A stretch of 63,985 nucleotides of DNA, counting the filler, from Neoconidiobolus thromboides FSU 785 (taxonomy: Eukaryota; Fungi; Entomophthoromycota): the NCBI GenBank assembly GCA_025603075.1. It is 6 parts of 6 records of this genome, joined end to end, with 100 filler letters (N's around TTAATTAATTAA, not from the genome) between each part and the next. Parts side by side here need not be neighbours in the genome. Positions count along the whole stretch, not along the records: positions 2,678 to 32,227 come from MU626490.1; positions 32,328 to 57,946 come from MU626498.1; 4 more parts are not named here. One strand, 5' to 3'. Each line of letters opens with the position of its first letter. Position 1 is the stretch's first letter. Of the stretch, positions 27,324 to 39,225 are shown piece after piece. The translations under genes and the position numbers were made by a program. Below the pieces are notes generated by a model. It did not search any database. It saw nothing but the letters and a program-made list of their open reading frames with translations, and was not told the DNA's origin.

Positions 27324-28847
27324 TTATCTCACAAGGCAGTATATTAGGATTAGGATCATAAAGCTCATATTTTCTGCACAGTTTAGTGGTATAGGCGTGC
27401 TGCTCAAATAAATCAGCTGCATAGTTATTTTTTTTGAGTTATAATAAACAATAGCTTCCATTCTAAATAAGCTTGGCTTGAACTTATCATCTTCATCTTC
27501 ATCTTTAATAATAGTTTCAAATTGTTCCTTTGAATATTTGGATGTAAAGGTGACTTTATCAACATAAAGACCAGTTCCAATTTTTTTTATTTTGCGTGGA
27601 TTTCTTGGTCGATCTGCAGTTAATGCTAAGCACAACATTGAAGTGTTTGGATAAATGGCTTCAAATGTTGATTCTAGCCTTCCATAGAGTATATATAACT
27701 TAGTATTTTTATGACCCAAAACGAATACCTGTTGTGCCCAGGGTAGTAGCTTAATGTACTTATTTTTTCCTATAAATATTCCTTGCACTTGTTTTCCTAC
27801 TTTCATTATTATTTACTTTAATTGAAAAATCATCTTGTTTAGTTTTACTCAACTCCATACTGAACCGTCAATAACCCCTTCTTTAATTAGTAACAATGTG
27901 ACTTCTAATATATTGCTAGTTATAACATCATTCAACATTGATTGTGAGTCAGAAAGTAACAAACAAAGTGCTTTCATAGGTATTCAGAAATTCTCCAATT
28001 CAGGGGTCAATTTATCTATATTTTTAGATACAATTGGGCCAACATGGATTAAGTCTGGCATTGAGCTGGCTGTAAGCTCAAATCCAGTAAAGCTATTATT
28101 GATTTTTAATCCATAATTTAACCCAGGATTCAATCCCTTAACTGGAAGAATTTGATATTCATATCTTAACTGATTGACTAATTTACAAATACTAGAAAAA
28201 TGATACATGCAAGTAACTGGCTTAGCAACTTGAAAATCAAAATCATGAATAAAAGATATGCCCTTGATATAAATGGAACATAGCCAGAACTAATTTTAAT
28301 GAATGGCTCGAGAGTTAGGCCAAAGTCATCTGCTGTTTGATAGCCAACAATTAAAACTACTCTTAAGTGCTTTGTTAAATCAATATAAGGTTGAGCAAAA
28401 AAGCTACAGACTAAAAGGTTAGGTTTTGATTTAACAAGATACTTAGTAGTAAAAAAGCATCCTGATAGAATTTAATAAAAAAACACTTAAATATTGTGCC
28501 ATAAATTTCATATTCATCTTAGTTCTAGATTAAGAGATATCATTTGTTTCATTTTATTACGAATTATTTTCTTCATTTCAACACCCACCTCGATATGAGA
28601 TACAATGTAATTTCACATTATAGCCTTGAGCAAATCAGATGTTTTCTTATAACGTTGTGTATGTTGTTTCGTGGCTTCTTTTTGCTAGCTCATCGCCAAT
28701 TTCTAAAAACGATTTAATACAGCTTCTACCTCGAGGTGATGAGCGTAATATAATATTCAATTTACTATTATCCAATCTTTGTTTTTCAATAGAAGCATTC
28801 CATAGCTTAAATAAGATGAGGCTTAAAATTAAAGCAAAAAAGTTCAT
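27324..28847 (-). pseudogene. UDP-glycosyltransferase (GT1/UGT) pseudogene
   Basis: Fragments: signal peptide + GRSC..LEIGDELAKRSHETTY; KPNLLVCSFFA; HVGPIV..LTPELENF; decayed PSPG box WAQQVFVLGH..ESTFEAIY..ADRPRN; several stops and frameshifts. Confidence 0.8.
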
Positions 28848-29277
28848 TATATTTAGTTTTAGTTTAATTGTTTAATTGTTTAAATAGCCTTTTTTTAAAC
28901 AGTATGGTTCATACATGTTTACTATTTCTATTATCTTGATGGTAAAAATGATTCAAGATTAGGTATAAAGTTGAGTTTAACTTTAAGTCAAGCTTATTTT
29001 TAAGGCATAATACAAATTATTTACTTAGATTGATCCACAAACATCTGAAATATTTACAAGTTGATTTTAAAATGTTATACTACTGCTTTGATAAGTCACA
29101 ACATAGAAAAGTTGAACCTGAGGTTTAACTGGTTTATGATTAAAAGCTAAAATCAAATAAGTTTTATGAAATTAATTGTTATACTGTCATCAATTATTAG
29201 TTTTAAATTCTAAAATATTTACTAAATTAGCTCTTAAATCTTATTAATCCAGTGTTTTTTTAAAAACTCTTAAGATA

Positions 29278-29580
29278 TTTAAAACTCAGTATTAAAATTC
29301 TTTTGAAACCATTTAAATACTGAGTTTTAAATATAGCCAAATGCATTCAAATATTTCATTTTGGATTTGTAATGGATTCTTTACAGCTATCAAAACAAAT
29401 ATACAGTGTTTTCTCTAAATTTAGTTTAAGCGCAAATATGCATTTGTATTTGTATTTTGTATTTTCCGGATTCATATAACAATTTTTACATAATGCAAAA
29501 TGAAAATGCATATTTGCACTTAAATTAACTTTGGAAAATATATTCCACATTTGAACTTCAATAGCTATATTTAAAACAAT
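29278..29580. repeat. Overlapping imperfect palindromes
   Basis: 16-bp perfect arms 29278-29293/29316-29331; ~50-bp imperfect arms centred near 29475 (aagcgcaaatatgcattt / aaatgcatatttgcactt). Confidence 0.6.
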
Positions 29581-30352
29581 GAGTATGCTTTTCAAGTATT
29601 CGCACTAAATCCCCACACCTTTGAAATAAAACAATATTAAATCAAAGAACCTTCTTAAATAATATCACTATTCTTAGGTTTTTATATAAAAGTTACGATG
29701 TAATAAACTCAAAATAATCCTTCTTTTTGTATTGACATTCATATACACTATCAATAAGTTAATAATTTAAAGTTAAAAGCTTAAAAACTATATTGTAGTC
29801 TTAAATAATGTACTACAAAAGAAACTTAAGTTTAACTTTAAATTTAGCAATAAGCATAAACTTAAAAAGCCGAAGCAATATAAAACAATCTTTATTACTC
29901 ATAATTTTAAGCCGATTATTCAGGAAAGTCTTATCATATTTGGTTAGATAATCTATAAATGGGTTTCTAAAGTAATCTCATCTTTAGGCGGATTATATTC
30001 GTGAAGGTATGAAGTTGCAACGCTTGAATCTTTTTGTACGAAAAACATCTTATTTTTACATATTAAAAATATTGTCTGTTGTAACCAATGGCCTTTTTAT
30101 TCCTTTTACTTAAAAAAAGGAGATAATTTTAGAAACACTCTCATAGTCATAATTGGATAATTTACGTCGGTTTTAATATATTACATAGCTAATTAACACC
30201 AAAGAGGTTAAGGGCTTTATCATATATCAATTTGCGCAGAACAATTAGCCAGGGAAAAAAGAAAATGTCTGGAACAACTTTTGATTGGTCGGAACAATCT
30301 AAAATGGAGAACTAAGAGAGGATTAGGTAATAAACATACTCTAAATTTAGTC

Positions 30353-30371
30353 CTCGGATAATGCCTTTCGG
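30353..30371 (+). promoter_or_regulatory. Conserved CTCGGATAATGCCTTTCGG element upstream of ABCB1 paralog 2
   Basis: Identical to the element at 4294-4312. Confidence 0.65.
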
Positions 30372-30524
30372 CATCTAGTATTTTCGCAGCGACTTAATTT
30401 TAGAAATATTTTTTTACAAAGGAATCAGATTAAGTAAATCAACTACAGATTTGGAGATTGAGATGACTATATAAATAGGATTAGAATAAAGTCATTTCAA
30501 ATTATTAAAATTTAATTAATAAAC

Positions 30525-32227
30525 ATGTTTAACTTTAAAAAGAAAAAGCAAAACGAAGACGAAGTCAACGAAAAGGACGTTGGTTTAGTTGAAGTAAAGA
30601 AGGAAAAGACTCCAAATGTACCATTCTTTAAATTATTCAAATTTGCAACCCCTAAAGACAAGGTTATAATCGGTTTAGCTACTTTAGCTGCTACTATCAA
30701 TGGATTATCACAACCTTTCTTATTTTTGTTGTTTTCTCAAATTATTGGTTTATTCGGTGATTATCAGAAGAACTACTCAGCGAATCCAGATCTTGCTGAT
30801 TCAACCTTAAAAGAAGCTATTGACTTCTTATGTATCATGTTTGTTGTTGCTGGAAGCATCACTGCCACTGCTGCATACTTTCAATTATCCCTCTGGTTAA
30901 TGGTTGGTGAAAGTCAAGCTGTAAGAATCAGAAACAAATATTACCATTCGGTTTTAAGTCAAGAAATGGGTTGGTTTGACTCTATCTCTTCAGGTGACAT
31001 TGCTTCACGCATAGCTGGTGATATTAATATGGTACAAGATGGTATATCAGATAAAGTTGGAATGCTTGTACAATATATTACCTGTTTTATCGGTGCTTTT
31101 ATTATTGCGTTTATAAAAGGATGGAAACTAACTTTAGTAATGCTGACTTCAGTACCATTGATGGCATTCGCTGGTATGCTGATGAGCAAAGTCATTGCTG
31201 ACGCTTCTAAAGGTGGGCAAGGTGTATATGGTGAAGCAGGTTCAATAGCTGAAGAAGTACTATCGGCCATAAGAACAATATATTCCTTTAACACTCAAGA
31301 AAAGGAGCAAATAAGGTATGAGCAAAAACTAAGAGTAGCTCGTAAGAAAGGGTTCCGTAAAGCTTTTTTTACAGGGTTGAGCAATGGTATATTTCTACTC
31401 ATCATGTTTTCAAGTTATGCTTTGGCTATGTGGTATGGTGGTAAATTAATTCGCGATGGTGAGCAACAAGCTGATGAAGTATTAACAGTCTTCTTCAATG
31501 TCTTAGTTGGCTCAATGGTATTGGGTATGACTTCCCCATCACTTACTGCTGTTGCCACTGCAAAAGGTGCCGCTACTAAATTGTTTGAAATTATTGAAAG
31601 AGAATCAAGTATTGATCCTTTTTTAATAACGGATGAGCATTTAAAAAACGAGTCTAAAATTTCACCAGTGAAGGGAAATGTCAAGTTTGAAAATGTACGA
31701 TTCAGTTATCCAACTAGACCAGATGTTCAGATTCTTAAAGGTATTAGTTTTGAAGCATCAAAAGGACAAACGATTGCTTTAGTTGGTCATTCTGGTAGTG
31801 GTAAAAGTACATGTATTGGATTGATAGAAAGATTTTATACTCCAACATCTGGAAAAATATTATTAGACGATATAGATATCTCTCAAATCTCAAATAAGTT
31901 CTTAAAAGAACATGTTGGTTTAGTAGGTCAAGAACCATGTTTGTTTGGTACTACTATTAAACAGAACATACTATTTGGTTTAAAGAATGATGATGAGTTT
32001 AAAGTTGATGCTAAACAATTACATGATCGTGTTGTAAATGCTTGTAAACTAGCTAATATTCATGATTTTATCATGAAATTACCACAACAATATGATACTA
32101 TGGTTGGTGACCGTGGCTCTCAATTGAGTGGTGGACAGAAGCAAAGAATAGCTATTGCTAGAGCTATAATTAAGGATCCAACTATATTATTACTTGATGA
32201 AGCTACCTCAGCTTTGGATACTGAGTC
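30525..32227 (+). CDS. ABCB1/MDR-type ABC transporter, TMD1 + NBD1, 3'-truncated by gap (paralog 2)
   Basis: Walker A GHSGSGKST, signature LSGGQKQRIAIAR, Walker B ILLLDEATSALD. Confidence 0.95.
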
Positions 32228-32327
32228 NNNNNNNNNNNNNNNNNNNNNNNNNNNNNNNNNNNNNNNNNNNNTTAATTAATTAANNNNNNNNNNNNNNNNN
32301 NNNNNNNNNNNNNNNNNNNNNNNNNNN

Positions 32328-32749
32328 ATAATATCAAATAGAGAACTAATTGGCTTCTTGGTTTTTTTTTCTATATAGTTTAATACCATTGTAGGTATGA
32401 TGCCTCGTACACCCCCACCATCAATACTTAATATACACAATGGCTTCCCTTCTTTAGCTTCTGCACTACCATGAGTTATTTTTTCTAACAAACTGCTTAG
32501 TAACGCGTTTTTATTCAATGTATCTTCTAATCCAGATTTTTTATTTGACTCATTTATATCTTTCTCATTAGATACCTCCTCCTTTGCTTCACTCTTGAAT
32601 TCTACACCGTTTTTTATTTCTTCATCACTTTCAGCCCCGCTTATTATCTTCTCCTCAATTTGAATCTCACTTATCAATTCACTCTCAATCTCAGCCTGAT
32701 ATAGCGTTTCATTTTCTCCCTGATTGTTATTTTTTAATTTGTTTGCCAT
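32328..32749 (-). CDS. Patatin-like phospholipase, N-terminal part, truncated by gap
   Basis: ILSIDGGGVRGIIP oxyanion motif followed by PISSLFDI; acidic N-terminal extension. Confidence 0.88.
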
Positions 32750-33706
32750 TTATTAAGTCTAAAAAGATGGATTTATTACAGCTGTTTATTTTTGTTCTTC
32801 TGTATCTTAAATATTAAATTTCCCCACTTTTTTGTTGATGTTGTTAACCTATTTTTTTGTTTACTATGCCATAAACCTAGCAGTTTTTTAAAAAGCTGGT
32901 TTAATCTGGTAGAATCGTTTGTAAAGTGATCTTTCAGGTTTAAAATAAATAAAGATAAAATTTTTAACTAATAGTGACAAAAATAGAAGTTTTTACATCT
33001 TATCATTTTTGTAATATCTGTATTTTCAAAATAAAAGTCTTAACACTTAGCTGTCCTAATATTTTTAAAGAAATATATTTTGTAGAATCAATCATGTCTT
33101 TTAGCTATGTAATCAAAGATCAACCAGGAAATATTTCTAATAATATTAATAGCTTTTGATTAGGAGTTTTAATTACAATTGCTTTTGTTGACTTATTTGC
33201 TATATTCTTGTTATATCATATACTTTTTTTTACAAAAGTGCAAGACCTCGAAGGTTTACATTTGCAAGCAAAAAATCAACAAAATACTATAAACTACTTC
33301 AAAATTTGAGTGTTTTGTGTAGTTTTTCTTTGCTTGTAAATACAAACCGTTGCGATTTTGTATATTTATAAAAAGCCATACCATCACTAACCTTGGTTTT
33401 TTACTTAAAGCACCTTGTTACTAATACTATACAAGTGCTACCTTTTATGGTAAAGGTCAATCTAAATTTTTGAAATGTCAAATTAAATTACCAAGTTTAC
33501 CACAAAACTTTGTTAAATGATTAACATGGGTTGGCTTAAAAGCTTGATTCGAATTTTGCCCAATTTCGATTTTTAGTAATTACAATTAAACACTACTGTA
33601 AAGTATTTAATTTTTGTTTGATTTTAGATTAGCACATTAACTCATGCTGAAACGTTTTTTTGCCTAGCTTAGGGGTTTTTTGGAAATTTTATACTATATA
33701 AAAAAT

Positions 33707-33803
33707 GGGGATGTATTTTTTCGTTTAAGAATTTTACTAACAAATTTTCCACTCAAATAGCGCTTAAAAAATGGAAAAGTAATGGAATCAAAAAAACATC
33801 CCC
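33707..33803. mobile_element. Family A MITE
   Basis: AAAT|GGGGATG...CATCCCC|AAAT (non-palindromic TSD). Confidence 0.88.
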
Positions 33804-34186
33804 AAATAGTAAAAAGTAAATTAAGATTTTATTTTTAATTTTGACCAAGCTTTTAAACTTATCTATATACAGATTGTTTTTGTTTATTAGAGGCAGTTTT
33901 GACAAAAAAATAAATTTTTAAAACAACATTAACTTGATTGAAAAATTAATGTTGGTTTATAGTTATATTTAAAAAAATTTAACAATAAAATTTTAAAAAC
34001 AAATAATAATAATATAGTTTCATATATTTATTATTCACTTTAATTTTTTTTAATATTTCTCATTATATAACTAATATTTCAGATAACTTTTTATTTTATT
34101 TTATTTTATTTACTTATTTTTAAATATAATATAAGTAAAAATAAAAAGCATTAAATCATTCTAATAATAAAACTAAATGTTAAAGC

Positions 34187-34649
34187 TGTGAAATCTGGTG
34201 CTCAGGGTTTGGAGTCAAGAACAGCTATTGCTGGGTTGACTACACTATAAGTCGAAAGGTCTTAGTTTATGTGACTAAGATAGACTTGGGTTATGAGGAA
34301 TAGCACGTAATAGGTTACAAGCTATATAAGACAAATAGAATAGACAATACTAATGTAAAACCTATGTAAAATACTATTAAGAAAACTTAGTGGCTTTATT
34401 AAATGTTCGAGATATCAGGGAATAATTCAGTTAAAAGCCTCGAACTACTATACTCTGTAAACTCTTTTATACTCTGAAAAGTATAAATATCAAAACGAGG
34501 GGAGAATATTCTTTGGGATGGAGCTAGAAATTCTCATAGTAAATCAAAATAAGAACGTGGAATTGATTTTCTCTGAACTCGAGAACACAACAGCTTAGGC
34601 GATTGTTGTGCTATAACTAACCATGGGACTGACAAAGCGATATTTCACA
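34187..34649 (+). mobile_element. Family B full-length copy, 463 bp (probable solo LTR)
   Basis: TGTGAAAT...ATTTCACA ends, internal TATATAA; no clear TSD. Confidence 0.75.
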
Positions 34650-35342
34650 CTTTAAACTAAGCTGATATATTAGAGATTTTTCTGCTTTTTTCATGTTTTT
34701 AATAATACTTTAACATTTAGTTTTGTTAAGATAATAACATTAACAATTTATTAATTAGTTTTAATATAAATTCCTAAATAATGTTTATTATATTTTATAT
34801 TTGATAATATTTGATAAAGTTTTTTTTATAAACAACTTATTAAAATTATTAAGAAAATCATGTTTTTAATAGTATTAATAATTTTATTTTATTTAAATTT
34901 CTTATAATAATGTTAGTGTTTTATCATCAAATGTATATAATTTTAGTTTAATTAATTCTTGTTTTAAACAAAAATACATCCTCATTTGTGACTAACAATG
35001 TTATTAAATTTTTGATTATTTTTTTTAAGAGCTTTACTAACAACCTTTTCGCTCAAATAGTGCCTAAAAAATGGAAAAAGTGATGAAGCCAAAAAAACAC
35101 CCTTATGTATATTTTATTATTTTGTTATTTGAAAGCTATTTGTATTCGTACCTTTATGTTTATTTTTATTTTTAACCTTTTTAGCAGATATATATTTAAA
35201 TTTAGATTTTAATTGTTTTCAAATATTTGTTTTAATGTTTCATAAAGAAATTTATTAATAAAAAAAGCCGAAATTCTTCATAAAATACTAACTTTTGTCA
35301 ATAACATATATATTGTTAATTATATATATAATTGTAGCATAT

Positions 35343-35441
35343 GGGAGTGTTTTTTTTGGCTTCATTACTTTTTCCATCTTTTAAGCGCTATTTGAGTGGA
35401 AAAATTATTAGTAAAATTCTTAAATACAAAAATACATCCCC
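35343..35441. mobile_element. Family A MITE (decayed copies also at ~34990-35103 and 35721-35817)
   Basis: ATAT|GGGAGTG...CATCCCC|ATAT. Confidence 0.88.
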
Positions 35442-35500
35442 ATATTTATTGTAAAACTTTAAATTAAATTACGTATTTTCAAAATATTCTAAAATATTGC

Positions 35501-35649
35501 TTTGTCTTACATAGTTCATAGCCTATTACATTCTATTCTTCATAATGTAAGTCCATCTTAGTTACATAAACTAAGATTTTTTTACTTATGCCTAGTTAAT
35601 CAATCAAAAGTTACTTTTAACTCCAACTACTGAATAATTAGATCTCACA
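35501..35649 (-). mobile_element. Family B partial 5' fragment
   Basis: Reverse complement matches the family B first ~150 bp; ends GATCTCACA. Confidence 0.7.
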
Positions 35650-36623
35650 AATATGATTAAAGAAACAAATAACTATCAACAAAGATTTTGTTAAGTTTTT
35701 TTTAAATTTTTAATAAGAACGGGAATGTTTTTTTAGTTTCATTACTTTTTCCATTTTTTAAAAGCTATTTGAGCGAAAAGATTGTTAATAAAATCTTAAA
35801 CAAGAAAATAAATTTCCAAATATTACTATTTATATTGTAAAGTTTTAACTATTTTTTAATAAGATTTCAATTGATATAACGTTTTAATATATATACTATA
35901 TAATTAAAACATATAAAAAAAGCATATTGAATCTTTTGTTACTTTATTATAATCTACTATACTACTATTTTAAAATGCTTTTAATTTTAATTTTAATTAA
36001 TCTTTTTTTATATTTAGAAAATAGTTTATTTATTTATTTTAGATTTGACATGTACCCAAACAATATCTTATATAACATATTTGTATAGTTAGGTCTTATT
36101 TTTTTATTTATGACTTTTAGAATTTTTTCTCATAATTTACTTATATATTTTTTAGAAATTTACCAAATAATTCCTAAATTTAAGCTAAATAGTGAATATT
36201 GTTTGAACTAATTTAAAATAAGCAAATATTTATTTTGGAACAGTGTAGTTAACATTGACATTTGTATATAGTAATATTTAAAAATAAAAAAGAAGCAAAA
36301 GCTTTAAAAGCTATAATTTGAAGTGAAAAAAATACTATTAAGGCTTTAATAACTCAAAAGAATTGATAATTCTATATAAACAAGATAAAAAACTAGTAAG
36401 TGTAATTTATGTAAAATTAATTTTAAATTATTTAAGGATAAATAAATTAAAAAATATGTTAGTAACATACTATTAAATTTAGGAAAAAATCAAAGCCATT
36501 TACAATATTACTGTTTATAATTATTTATGAATACTTTGTTTTTGGAAGTATTTAAAGTAGGCTTTATAGCAAATGATGTTTTATGATCTTGATTTATTAG
36601 TCTATACTAACAATTTATTATAT

Positions 36624-36722
36624 GAGGGTGTTTTTTTTGGTTTTATCACTTTTTCTATCTTTTAAGCGCTATTTGAGTGGAAAAATTATTAGTAAAAGTC
36701 TTAAACATAAAAATACATCCCC
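36624..36722. mobile_element. Family A MITE
   Basis: ATAT|GAGGGTG...CATCCCC|ATAT. Confidence 0.88.
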
Positions 36723-37283
36723 ATATATTAACAAAATTCCAGAGTATACAATTTGTGATTTATATAGCAATACAATAAATTAAACATATCAAATACATGC
36801 TAAATAAATATCTTAGTCAATGGCTTAAAAATTTATTAAAAAATATTAGAACATAGTATGTTTGAAATCATGAATCTATTACTAAGTGCTACTTGTATTA
36901 ACTCATTTTTTATTTCAATATCCAAAAGACGTTTGATTAGCACTACTTTTTACAAACATTTATTTCAAAACATTATAAAATTAAAGCATCTCATATAATA
37001 AGATTTACATTAGCTTATCAATAGCATCGTTCAATTATAAAGTGTTGAACTAATATTTTATAGTCAAAGGTTTATAGCTCTCTTATAGAACAAATAGCAA
37101 TAATATTTTGAAAGACTGTTCATTTGGGACATTAAATTAATATATTTTTATGTATTAAATGTTCTCAAGTGTAAATAATATAATAATGAAGTGTGATATA
37201 AAATAGGTGCTTATAGTATATAAATGCAAAAATATCTCATATCAATTTAAAATAACTTTCGACAAGCTATAATATTATCTGAA

Positions 37284-38204
37284 ATGGTTTCAAAAAAACT
37301 ATCTGCTCTCTTACTTTTCCTTGGTGCTGTCCATCAAGTTACTTCTCATATAGAAATGATCAATCCTCCTCCAAGAAAATCACAATACAACAAGAATTAC
37401 TCTGAATCTGAATTCGATTATTCTTATACTTCCCCACTTGGTACTGACTACCCATATCCTTGCCGTGGTTATATCAAAGGTCTATAATCATATGATGTTA
37501 GTGCTGGAGAAAATATTTCTGTACAGCTCCGTGGTACTGCCACCCATGATGGTGGGCATTGTCAATTTTCAGTATCCTACAATGACAGAGACTGGGTAGT
37601 ATTGAAGGGTGTTTATGGAAACTGTTTAACCGGTGGATTAAGCTATGACATACCTATCCTAGCTAATGCTCCAAGCGGATCTGTAACATTTGCATGGGGT
37701 TGGATCAATAGATCTGGTAACCGTGAATATTACATGAATTGTGCTGATATTACGATCAAGAATGGTAAAGAATGAGGAAGTATCACTGGATATGTACCAG
37801 CCATAGCTAACGTTGGTGGTCACGAAGTTTTCCCAGAAGGTTTTGCTGATGATTGTAAAAAATTCGAAATGGAATCTACTCCATATAAAACCATTTCGCC
37901 AAGTGATTCTCAAGATACCTCAGTAAGAAATGACCAAAAGAAGCTTGATATTCCAGTAAAATAAGAACCAGAAAAAGAAGAGCCAAAGAAAGAAGAACAA
38001 TCTCCATCTCCTTAAGGGACTAAATCTATCAAACCTAAAGAATCTGGTAATCCTGGTAAAGGTGAATGCACTAACCATGGATTACAGCGCTGCCACCAAA
38101 ACAACTTACAAACTTGCTTAAACGGTAAAATTTTAACACAAATTTGCCCTCAAGGTTCATCTTGCAAGTCTTATATTGGAGCTTTCGCTTGTTTGACATT
38201 TTAA
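37284..38204 (+). pseudogene. AA11-like lytic polysaccharide monooxygenase with Cys-rich C-terminal module and four in-frame stops
   Basis: Signal peptide then H1 (HIEMINPPPR), ATHDGGHCQFS, WINRSGNREYYMNCADI; stops TAA 37485, TGA 37773, TAA 37962, TAA 38013; no frameshift. Confidence 0.85.
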
Positions 38205-39225
38205 GATTTATAACAAATTTGATTGATTTCAATAAACAAATTAATGAAAAACTATAATGTTAAATTTACATATTTAAATGTTACTGGAAAATAAACCAAA
38301 TTCAATGATATATATTATTAAAGTGTAGAAAATTTATATCATAATGTAAGAAATATATAATCTAAACTTATTATTTTTATGATTATAGCCAGTATATAAA
38401 ATTTTCGAACTACCTACTGCCTTGTCATATACATAAATATAAACATAAGATATAATGATCAATTTAATAAACTCGAATAATTTATTTTTATCAAATTATA
38501 TCCCAGGTTTAAAACACTTAGAAATATTTAGACAAAAATACTCCAGTTTTTAATATTAACATCAAAGTAAAAGATTTATTAGTATAAACTTATCATCATA
38601 CTTGCTAACCTTAAAATTAATAACATCATTAAATAACCAGCTTACGATTCTAGTAAGCTTTGATGAAGAAATTCAATTTATTTAACTTTGTCATAATTTC
38701 CTTTATTACTAAACAAATTTTAAAAACTTTTACAAGTTTATAAATGTTTAATAAATAATATTTCAAATATTGTTGTTCTGATGTCTTAAAATTTTAGAAT
38801 TTAACGTTTATTATATCTGCTATACATGCTAATACTTAAAATTATATACTGATAGAAACAGAGGATATTAATATAAGAACACTATTGGGTGTAACTTTAT
38901 GTGAATAACTGTCAATTTGACTTTTTAGTATTTCAACACATCTCTTGCTGCGAGTTTTATTTATGAAGTAAATTTTATAAAGCAATTGTTCATTTAACTG
39001 CAAATCATAAGCCAAACTCTACATTTATAGTTATTTGCACTTGTTGAACCAATCCTAATTCACTTTTTTTAGATTTAGACAGCAAATAAACTTCAAGTTT
39101 GTAATTGTTAAATTAAAACTCAATCAAATTCTTTTTAAAGTAAATTATTCTTAGAGTTATAGGAAACCCACTATATAACAAAAAAAACTCAATTTTGATC
39201 AATTCAGCTCTAAATATTTAATAAA

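Noticed and set aside
3964-31938. Small ORFs 3964-4149, 30512-30700, 30959-31294, 31415-31684, 31744-31938
   Set aside because: Antisense shadows of the ABCB1 genes; their mutual similarity only reflects the paralogy.
37284-38204. Genome-wide stop-codon reassignment (TAR to Gln) as the explanation for the LPMO stops
   Set aside because: Conserved genes here end at TAA or TAG (RTS1, MFS, ARP2, ISN1), use CAA for Gln, and have no in-frame stops.
37284-38204. A-to-I restorative editing to Trp
   Set aside because: TAA would need two edits, and the sites fall in linker or variable positions where Trp is unexpected. Not excluded, but unlikely.
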